From: an uncultured virus (IMG/VR IMGVR_UViG_3300027833_000020)
Lineage: Duplodnaviria; Heunggongvirae; Uroviricota; Caudoviricetes
Reading direction: 5' to 3' (one strand)
DNA: 55,043 nucleotides
IMG/VR virus record: IMGVR_UViG_3300027833_000020
Both the position numbers and the translations under genes were made by a program. Below the pieces are notes generated by a model that saw nothing but the letters and a program-made list of their open reading frames with translations, was not told the DNA's origin and did not search any database. Of this stretch, positions 48,182 through 55,043 are shown one piece after another (the stretch's first letter is position 1; each line of letters begins with the position of its first letter).

Positions 48182-49048
48182 TTACTTTTTTTTCTTATTC
48201 TTATAAGAAGTCTTTGAACTCGACTTATCTGCAGTAGCTGATAAACCAAGGTTGCCAATATGGCCAAGTGAACCTTTAAAGATATAAGTTCCAACATGTT
48301 GTAGTGACATCCAAGGACACATCCAGACTTTCAATCCTGCTTGTCGCGATTTCTTACAGAAGAAATAATCTTCAGACAGATATCGTTTAGTATCAGGATC
48401 AATAATGCAGTCAAAATATGCATGAATTTCGTGGTTACCATCAAACTGCTCTGTACGAGCATGATCTGGTTTATATGAAAGATCTGGATATGCTTCAGCA
48501 AACGTAGTAAATGTTTCCCGTGCAATAAGCATAAAGCCTGTGCCAGCTTCGCCAACTTCCATTGGTTCAGTTAGCTTAAAGCTTTTCTGTGGACCAACTG
48601 GATTAAAAACAAAATCAGCAGCATAATTTTCTAGTTCGAAAGGATTCTCATCAGCCATACCAGCAGCTGCAGCTTTTTGAACTTTTTCCCAAGCAATTGC
48701 TTTCTTAGGATAAGGTGCAGTTACGATATTATATTTTGCTGGATCAGATAGATTAACTGCTAATAGTCCTAGAATATCTCGTGGATTAAAAGCAATATCT
48801 GCATCGATGAATAGCAAGTGAGTACAATCAGATCGTAGGAACTCGTCTACAATATAATTACGTGCTCTCTGAACTAGACTCTCATTAAAAAGATAATAGA
48901 ACTGTATAGGGATTTGATTTGCTGCCATCATTGTAGCAAGATCTGCAGTTGCCTTAGTGTATGTTCCAGCACATTGTGCACCATACATTGGAGTACCTAC
49001 AAAGATTTTATGTTTTCTTAATTCTTCAATACTTACTTCGATTTTCAT
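48182..49048 (-). CDS. GT-A fold glycosyltransferase-like protein
   Basis: IFVGTPMYG; NESLVQRARN; THLLFIDADI (DxD); GTGFMLI; YLSEDYFFC; L.HVG. Confidence 0.75.
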   Translation of the reverse strand: MKIEVSIEELRKHKIFVGTPMYGAQCAGTYTKATADLATMMAANQIPIQFYYLFNESLVQRARNYIVDEFLRSDCTHLLFIDADIAFNPRDILGLLAVNLSDPAKYNIVTAPYPKKAIAWEKVQKAAAAGMADENPFELENYAADFVFNPVGPQKSFKLTEPMEVGEAGTGFMLIARETFTTFAEAYPDLSYKPDHARTEQFDGNHEIHAYFDCIIDPDTKRYLSEDYFFCKKSRQAGLKVWMCPWMSLQHVGTYIFKGSLGHIGNLGLSATADKSSSKTSYKNKKKK

Positions 49049-49695
49049 ATTTCAATTTGCTCCAAATCTGCTTCAGCCCTAACAATAGTTTGTAATCGTA
49101 GTACGTCTGCAGCTACATCGTGTTTACTATCATGTGCTTTAAAGTTATATTCCCATTTTGCAATGTCGGATACAGGAACAAATCCGTTCTTACCACCTGG
49201 AACTTTAAAATCAAACTTAGCATCAATGAATGTACGAGTATCACGTACAGCCCAATACTTAAGATGATCACCGAGTAACGATGTTTTGTTTGCATTTTGT
49301 GCAATTCGATCTAAGATAACAGGATCAAAAGAATTTGATCGAGACCACCAATAATCAATCTTACCTTCAGATCGAAGATAATCAATCAGCTTTTCCATAA
49401 ATTGTAATGCATTTAAATCATTTACAGGATCAGGTTTCATATTAGTCCTAAGTTCTGGTGGCTGATCTAACCACCATTGTAAATCACGGTCGCTAAATTT
49501 ACAATTATGATTTCCCATTTGATCTTTAATATCAAACTTAGCACTTTCCATACCAACTACCAACTCTTTAAACGAGTATGGATTATCTGATGTGAATCGT
49601 TCCCAATCAAATGTTGTATAAGAACAATCGATTGCGGGTACTTCCCGCGAGTTCTGACCTATTGTTTCAAAGTCAATAATAAAGTGTTTGCTCAT
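49045..49695 (-). CDS. dexA: DexA-like DEDDh 3'-5' exonuclease
   Basis: FIIDFET; WWSRSNSFDPVIL; VRDTRT; HDSKHDVAAD. Confidence 0.8.
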   Translation of the reverse strand: MSKHFIIDFETIGQNSREVPAIDCSYTTFDWERFTSDNPYSFKELVVGMESAKFDIKDQMGNHNCKFSDRDLQWWLDQPPELRTNMKPDPVNDLNALQFMEKLIDYLRSEGKIDYWWSRSNSFDPVILDRIAQNANKTSLLGDHLKYWAVRDTRTFIDAKFDFKVPGGKNGFVPVSDIAKWEYNFKAHDSKHDVAADVLRLQTIVRAEADLEQIEI

Positions 49696-50906
49696 GAAAA
49701 GAACGCCTCCAGTGTGTCTACTTTAGTTTCGTATTCTAACTTCTTAGTGTTATTATACTGCAAAATGTACTCACTGTCAACCATTATTCTTTCATTATTT
49801 AACACTGCCAGGACCTCTGTAGCCATATCTGTGGCCGTCTGTACTGGTACGTTTTGACATATATGGTTAGCAACTTTAGGACTAGCATCGACCAACTCAA
49901 AGTCTTCTGGTAGGCCCATAATAGACATTGCTTCACGATAATTAATGAAACGATCTTCATCAGGATGTGTAAGCATTGTTGGATAATGACCTACGAAAGC
50001 ACCGATACGATCCTTAGGAATGATCACACCACGTCTCATAATACTACCACCATTGGCTAGCTTCTCGTGCTTGTACTCACACTTTGGTACTTCACGTTCA
50101 TAACCATTTGCTTCCATCCATTTAGCAACTTGTAAATACGAATGACCTGCTCTTTCGATATAAGAGAAAGCATCTACACCACGAGCTGACGTAGGATCAA
50201 CTGCTGCTGAATGTTCACTATGACTTTTACCACCTTCAATTTCTTCAAGGATATATTTGTAATAAGGATTATCAGATGGTTTCTTAGAACTAATTGGTTG
50301 TGTCTGAAAATTAGATTTAACATTACGAATTAAAGTTTCGATAGGTGTATAATCACGATTAAAGTAATTAAAGATTGGAACCTTGCCACCAGTATCTTTC
50401 CAAAAGAAGTAGAAAGATCTTTCTCGTACCTGTGGAACACCGTGTAACAAAGACTTAGTACGGTATACGCTCATAGTATAACCGTTTTCTTTACCAATTG
50501 CTTTTAACCCTTCACGAACAGTTTTACCAATCTTACCGGCAAATCCTGGAGCGTTCTCACCCCAGAATACTCTTGGTTTATATTCGCCTAGAATATAGTT
50601 TGCTGTCTCAGTCATCCATTGATTATTTGGATTGTCGTCACCATAACCATGCGACATCATTGACAGACCAGCACAAGGACATACTGATGCAACAACATCA
50701 GCTCTTTCATTTGCTGGTGGTGCCATTCCTTTATCTAGTACGTAATATGGGATTTCGTTATCATAATGATTTACGATATGTTTGTCATTTGCAGCGAATG
50801 CTTCGTATGACATGAAATGCATTGGTGGCTTTCCAAAAGCATTGTGAGAAGCAATTGTTTCTCCACCAATTAAAGGCACGATACTTGCGTGTGTTATATT
50901 ACTCAT
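49692..50906 (-). CDS. Divergent C5-cytosine DNA methyltransferase-family protein
   Basis: Catalytic motif IV VCPCAGLS; motif VI WGENAPG; motif VIII GVPQVRERSF; motifs IX/X REAMSIMGLP and CQNVP; atypical motif I VPLIGG. Confidence 0.8.
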   Translation of the reverse strand: MSNITHASIVPLIGGETIASHNAFGKPPMHFMSYEAFAANDKHIVNHYDNEIPYYVLDKGMAPPANERADVVASVCPCAGLSMMSHGYGDDNPNNQWMTETANYILGEYKPRVFWGENAPGFAGKIGKTVREGLKAIGKENGYTMSVYRTKSLLHGVPQVRERSFYFFWKDTGGKVPIFNYFNRDYTPIETLIRNVKSNFQTQPISSKKPSDNPYYKYILEEIEGGKSHSEHSAAVDPTSARGVDAFSYIERAGHSYLQVAKWMEANGYEREVPKCEYKHEKLANGGSIMRRGVIIPKDRIGAFVGHYPTMLTHPDEDRFINYREAMSIMGLPEDFELVDASPKVANHICQNVPVQTATDMATEVLAVLNNERIMVDSEYILQYNNTKKLEYETKVDTLEAFFS

Positions 50907-51903
50907 CTAGAAATTTCCTCACTGTAGCCAAAGCTGAACTTACGGCTTGATGCATATCTAAGTAAGCATACAGTCCGCAGCGACCTATAAAGGTTACGTG
51001 CTCTGGTTGTTCATTTTTATATTGCTCGTACAACTCTCGGTTTTTACCGTCGCGATCTTTTACTGGGTAATATCTTTCAAAGTTATTATCAGCGTAATCA
51101 CAAGGCTCTTCGAATGTTAGCGTTGTGTTATATTTATTGGTTCCGTGCGCGGCGATTTTCTTCCATTCAGTAACACGAGTATACGGACCATCGTGAGTAA
51201 AGTTAACAGTTCCTACTGGTAATGCACTAGGAATAGGTAGGGTGACTGTGTGGAACTTAATAGAACGATATGGTAGTTTACCATGCTTAAAGTCAAAGTA
51301 TTGATCTATGGGCATAGAGTTAAACACGTGATCGTATTCTTTTTCCATATGTTTATTGAATTCTGTTTCTAATTTTACAGTAATGTTTTCATGGCCCAAT
51401 GCAATTCTACACATTTGAGTATAACCATTTACTGGCATATATTGAATACTGTCATTAGGAAAATAGAATTCGTTATCATCATCTCTCATAGGAACACGAT
51501 TAATGATTTCAGGATTAAGTTCGTCGAGTTCTACACCCCACATCTTTTTAGTATATGGCCTGAAGAATATATCTAAGACATTTTCTTCGCCGACCATTTC
51601 TTTAGTTTCTCTATTAACTGGTAGAGTAGCATAACGACCATCTTCTAATTGAGCCTTAACTTTGTGCTTGTATGGTACCCATTCGGTAAATCGGCTAAGC
51701 CAATCAAACACTTTGTAGTTACTTGTATGGAATAAGTGTGGACCATATTGATGCACACGAATACCATCATCATTTGTAAAATCATATGCATTACCTGCGA
51801 CATGATCTCGTCTATCAATTACATCTACTTTATGACCAGCATCTGCTAATTCACGAGCGATTGCGATACCGGATAGACCGGCACCAACTACTAAATACTT
51901 CAT
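50899..51903 (-). CDS. glf: UDP-galactopyranose mutase
   Basis: VVGAGLSG FAD motif; VAGNAYD; HQYGPHLFHT; YTKKMWG; LPYRS; TRVTEW; RYYP; GRCGLYAYLDMHQ. Confidence 0.93.
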   Translation of the reverse strand: MKYLVVGAGLSGIAIARELADAGHKVDVIDRRDHVAGNAYDFTNDDGIRVHQYGPHLFHTSNYKVFDWLSRFTEWVPYKHKVKAQLEDGRYATLPVNRETKEMVGEENVLDIFFRPYTKKMWGVELDELNPEIINRVPMRDDDNEFYFPNDSIQYMPVNGYTQMCRIALGHENITVKLETEFNKHMEKEYDHVFNSMPIDQYFDFKHGKLPYRSIKFHTVTLPIPSALPVGTVNFTHDGPYTRVTEWKKIAAHGTNKYNTTLTFEEPCDYADNNFERYYPVKDRDGKNRELYEQYKNEQPEHVTFIGRCGLYAYLDMHQAVSSALATVRKFLDE

Positions 51904-53000
51904 GCTGATAGAGCCCTCTGTATTTCTGCGTGTTGAATATCTTTATCCAGAGGATGATTAGCATACAAAGCATCTCGTTGTCGTTTAGCAATTGCTTTTA
52001 ATTCGAGATATGTCATAGCTTCAACATCTTGTACTCTCAATCCTGCAAGTTCTTCATCCTGATAATAGACCATCATCTCTGGCTTGTCACCAATTAGAAT
52101 AGAACCAGCATCTGCTACTTGAAGCGGACGAGCTCTCCACCAACCACAACCTGCGTGGAAATATCCTGGCATCAAACAACCCCATTGCTGTTCAAATACT
52201 TTTACCATTTCTGGTTCAGTTTTACGTTCTGATTTGTACTTACCACGCTTAGCACCAAAGTAAGCAATTTCCCACTTCCAATCTTCTGGTTGTTGTAGCT
52301 TTAACCACTTACGTGTTTTTTCTTGTACTAGTGAAGCAAAGTTCCACTTAAAGTCTTTTTCTTTTTCTGGTTCGAAGAATCCACCTAGATCTACCGTACC
52401 TGTGCCATATCCGTTTTCAGCATTACGATTCAGGTGATAAGGATTAGGATTGTATGTATAAACATTTTCTTCTTTCCAACCAAGATTAAGAAGTGATAGA
52501 TCACCACCAGCAAATGCGCTTACAAGTAAACGATTGTTTCTGCTTGTAATAATATCACATGCTTCAATATAGTCATCTTTGTAACTCATTACAGTTTCTT
52601 TATCTTCTTGACCTTGCCACAAATCAAACAAGTACTGTCGGAAACAACCTTCATCATTGTCTTTAAGTTTTTCTTGATATGTTTCAATAGTACTAAAGAT
52701 CTGGCTGAACTGCCAATCATCAAAAGCAATAATACAATCAGGACGAGCTTTAACTGCGTACAGACCGGACCATATGAACTGGCAGAAGGCTTGAATACTG
52801 TGGATATATACAACTACTTCATCGTAGCCAGATAGATCCTCACCAAGCTTTACGGGCCTCTGTTCTACTTCGTAACCCATACCTTCAAGGCATCGAATTA
52901 AAGAGTAATGAGATGGAACAACTTGAAGCTGTTGTTTTAGATAGAAATCTTTAGTGCACTGGAGTTTATTCATACCAGTGATTAGAATTTTTTTAGACAT
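51900..53000 (-). CDS. Putative GT-B-like (DNA) glycosyltransferase
   Basis: MSKKILITG start after SD AAGGTG; two-domain alpha/beta pattern; FDDW; GCLMPGY.HAG.GWWRAR..QVADAGSIL. Coupled to glf. The fold is inferred, not confirmed. Confidence 0.5.
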   Translation of the reverse strand: MSKKILITGMNKLQCTKDFYLKQQLQVVPSHYSLIRCLEGMGYEVEQRPVKLGEDLSGYDEVVVYIHSIQAFCQFIWSGLYAVKARPDCIIAFDDWQFSQIFSTIETYQEKLKDNDEGCFRQYLFDLWQGQEDKETVMSYKDDYIEACDIITSRNNRLLVSAFAGGDLSLLNLGWKEENVYTYNPNPYHLNRNAENGYGTGTVDLGGFFEPEKEKDFKWNFASLVQEKTRKWLKLQQPEDWKWEIAYFGAKRGKYKSERKTEPEMVKVFEQQWGCLMPGYFHAGCGWWRARPLQVADAGSILIGDKPEMMVYYQDEELAGLRVQDVEAMTYLELKAIAKRQRDALYANHPLDKDIQHAEIQRALSA

Positions 53001-53034
53001 ATTTTCACCTTTATTCATAATTAGATAATTGTAT

Positions 53035-53364
53035 TTATGACCCAACAAATGTTTCAAATTTATGTGGAATATTTTCCCACTCTGCATGATCTTCTAGAGG
53101 AGTTTGCTCTTCATCAATGTTTGGCCATACCTGACTATATTTAGCGTTTCTTTCCATCCAAATAATTCGCTCTGGTTCTGGTAGATCTACATCTGCTACA
53201 ATAGCATCTACAGGACATTCAGGAACACATACACCACAATCGATACACTCATCCGGATTAATAACTAACATATCTTCGCCTTCGTAGAAACAATCTACTG
53301 GACAAACAGATACGCATGTTGTGTGTTTACATTTAACACAATTATCCGTTACTAGATAAGTCAT
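53035..53364 (-). CDS. fdxA: FdxA-type (7Fe) ferredoxin
   Basis: [18 protein letters not shown]...[21 protein letters not shown]ys spacing with the C-terminal extension ending WPNI. Confidence 0.92.
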   Translation of the reverse strand: MTYLVTDNCVKCKHTTCVSVCPVDCFYEGEDMLVINPDECIDCGVCVPECPVDAIVADVDLPEPERIIWMERNAKYSQVWPNIDEEQTPLEDHAEWENIPHKFETFVGS

Positions 53365-53365
53365 A

Positions 53366-53923
53366 TTATAACCCTAAAATCGTAACTTGTACACTACTTT
53401 CTTTAAACATTGGCAAACTTTTTTCTTGCCATACTTTTTGCCATTCGCCCCTTGTAGTTAAATCAGTAGGAATAACTACATGCTTTACACCAGCTTGTAT
53501 GACACACTTAGCGCAATCAGGACAAATAGGCAATCCATAAACATACATTGTTGCATCTTTAAGACTTACACCAGAATATAAAGCATTCATTAACGCGTTC
53601 ATCTCAGCGTGAACAACAAGACTATGTTTTGTAGGACGATCATTTAAGCGTTCTTCAGTATCTTTAATACCTTTTGGAAAGCCATTATATCCTGTAGCAA
53701 GAATACGACGTTCACTGTTTACCGCGACACAACCAATTTTGCTCGATGGATCTTTGCTCCAATCAGCTATGAGCTTAGCCATATCCATAAAACGATTATG
53801 CCATTTTTGATCTTTTGCAAACTTATACATATCATCTTCTCGCATACGTCTTCCCATATAGTTATGGTATGACTCAGTTTGTTGCCTATCAGCCGCAGCG
53901 CCTTCTTTATCCCAGATACTCAT
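53366..53923 (-). CDS. dCMP deaminase
   Basis: [28 protein letters not shown] Zn ligands. Confidence 0.92.
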   Translation of the reverse strand: MSIWDKEGAAADRQQTESYHNYMGRRMREDDMYKFAKDQKWHNRFMDMAKLIADWSKDPSSKIGCVAVNSERRILATGYNGFPKGIKDTEERLNDRPTKHSLVVHAEMNALMNALYSGVSLKDATMYVYGLPICPDCAKCVIQAGVKHVVIPTDLTTRGEWQKVWQEKSLPMFKESSVQVTILGL

Positions 53924-53924
53924 A

Positions 53925-54650
53925 TCACTCTACCAATTCGAAGTGGCGGTCATATACATGAAGATTCATTACAGACCAGATTAAATCACCTTTAGTAATA
54001 GTTTGAATTGGATCTTGTGAATAAGTACTAACGTTATGTTCATTAGCAATATCATTCCATTCTTTAACAAACTTATCCATAAGATATTGGGCCCAAGCAT
54101 AATCATTTTTGTAGCCAAACACTACATCATTAGAACGCATTTGAGATACCATATGCAATTTACCATCACGAATATAAAAGGTTTGTGCATTAGTACAGAT
54201 GAAATCAGACTTGCCACCTTCATCAAACTCAACCCAGATAGATGGACGATTGTAAACCATTTGAGCACGACGACTATCAGGATTACGAACTAGTTCATCA
54301 AAAGCTTGTTTATATTGATTGAAATACTTATCATCAAAAACAAGATGGCCATAGTTAGAATTGATATTGCCGTGATCATCAGCAGCATATAGCCATGCAG
54401 CAGGCGGAGCTTTATTTTCGCCATGAATATCTTTAATATTTGTAGAGCCACTTTCATACCATGCCAACTCAGCAGAAATATAAGACTTTACAGGAGTACC
54501 AAAGATAGCAGGTTCATCTGCAATAAAGGTTGCACCTAGCATCTCAATTGTTTTTGCACCAGTCTTATCAGTAGTAAAGCGTTCAGCTTTTAGTTCTGAT
54601 TTGAAATACTCACGCACATCAGTCACATTCATCATTATCATATCCTTCAT
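53925..54650 (-). CDS. gp42: dCMP hydroxymethylase (T4 gp42-like); true start may be up to 18 nt downstream
   Basis: ELAWY; INSNYG; DFICTN; MRSNDVVFGYKNDYAW closely matches T4 gp42, including the Asp that selects dCMP over dUMP. Confidence 0.88.
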   Translation of the reverse strand: MKDMIMMNVTDVREYFKSELKAERFTTDKTGAKTIEMLGATFIADEPAIFGTPVKSYISAELAWYESGSTNIKDIHGENKAPPAAWLYAADDHGNINSNYGHLVFDDKYFNQYKQAFDELVRNPDSRRAQMVYNRPSIWVEFDEGGKSDFICTNAQTFYIRDGKLHMVSQMRSNDVVFGYKNDYAWAQYLMDKFVKEWNDIANEHNVSTYSQDPIQTITKGDLIWSVMNLHVYDRHFELVE

Positions 54651-54744
54651 TATTATGTTCTTCGATCACCTTATATAAATCTTGCATCTTTTCAAGGTCA
54701 TTTGGATTATCAGTATCCAGTTCAATTTCGATTTTAATTTTCAT
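54619..54744 (-). CDS. Small acidic hypothetical protein (41 aa)
   Basis: Manual translation MKIKIEIELDTDNPNDLEKMQDLYKVIEEHNNEGYDNDECD; ATGA overlap with the upstream gene. Confidence 0.5.
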   Translation of the reverse strand: MKIKIEIELDTDNPNDLEKMQDLYKVIEEHNNEGYDNDECD

Positions 54745-55043
54745 TTATTGTAATCAGTTTCTTTGTTAAAGCGATCATCTACATCTTCAGTGGCTTCATC
54801 TTGGCACACTGTTAATATCATAAGTTGAGTCATTGCGTGATGCAAGTGAGGTAGACCGCTTTCAGGATCGATGTCTTCGCCGTCATTCCAAGCAAGCATA
54901 TGCCTCATAATAGAAGCATAGTGGCGTGACACGGGAAACTTGTTAAGATCTCTGCGCCAGTTGTTTTCGCCATACTTTTGTGCGCCAAATGCAAACACAT
55001 TAGCTGCAGCAATGATTGCTGTAGATGGAACTAGATTGATTGG
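54741..55043 (-). CDS. dATP/dGTP diphosphohydrolase-domain (DUF5664-like) protein, 5'-partial
   Basis: The frame stays open to the window edge (PINLVPSTAIIAAANVFAFGAQKYGENNW...RH...GEDIDPESGLPHLHHA). Confidence 0.8.
   Translation of the reverse strand, partial: PINLVPSTAIIAAANVFAFGAQKYGENNWRRDLNKFPVSRHYASIMRHMLAWNDGEDIDPESGLPHLHHAMTQLMILTVCQDEATEDVDDRFNKETDYNK

Noticed and set aside
53001..53087. N-terminal extension of the GT-like ORF
   Set aside because: It overlaps the ferredoxin gene; the ATG at 53000 has a good SD.
53925..54650. Ordinary thymidylate synthase (thyA/td)
   Set aside because: It lacks the LxPC motif and has Asp (NDYAW) at the base-specificity position, matching gp42.
1..55043. 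tRNA/rRNA genes, introns, homing endonucleases, integrase/transposase, DGR
   Set aside because: The window is almost fully coding with very short gaps, and I saw no such motifs by eye; a covariance-model scan would be needed to exclude small RNAs.

Overview
A 55-kb segment of an AT-rich T4-like myophage, probably aquatic with a proteobacterial host. Left to right it holds four blocks. (1) A minus-strand late virion block: a collagen-like fibre running off the left edge, a 3689-aa repeat protein, a ParB-like/2OG-oxygenase-like pair, a tail fibre with chaperone, a DUF4815/VrlC-like protein, gp8, an S8 protease, fibre-like proteins, gp7, gp6, gp25, an M15 peptidase, gp5, a gp27-like hub, a split gp53 and gp48. 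(2) A divergent plus-strand block: gp4, gp2, gp54, gp26, gp51 and a tape-measure-like gene. (3) A minus-strand block: hsp20, dut, regA, gp62, gp44 and gp45. (4) A DNA-modification block: GT-A protein, DexA-like exonuclease, divergent C5-cytosine MTase, UDP-galactopyranose mutase, GT-B-like protein, FdxA-type ferredoxin, dCMP deaminase, gp42-type dCMP hydroxymethylase and a dNTP diphosphohydrolase. Five observations stand out. The giant protein carries 11 helical repeats whose C-x-R-D motif and flanking helices align by eye with the bilin-binding core of phycobiliproteins. The hmC pathway is linked to a furanose-sugar mutase and a C5-MTase, suggesting an unusual DNA hypermodification. A candidate SD-stimulated -1 frameshift would fuse gp26 to gp51 just before the tape-measure gene. 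hsp20 has a ROSE-like RNA thermometer. gp53 is split by a single in-frame TAA. All calls come from reading motifs by eye; no searches were run.
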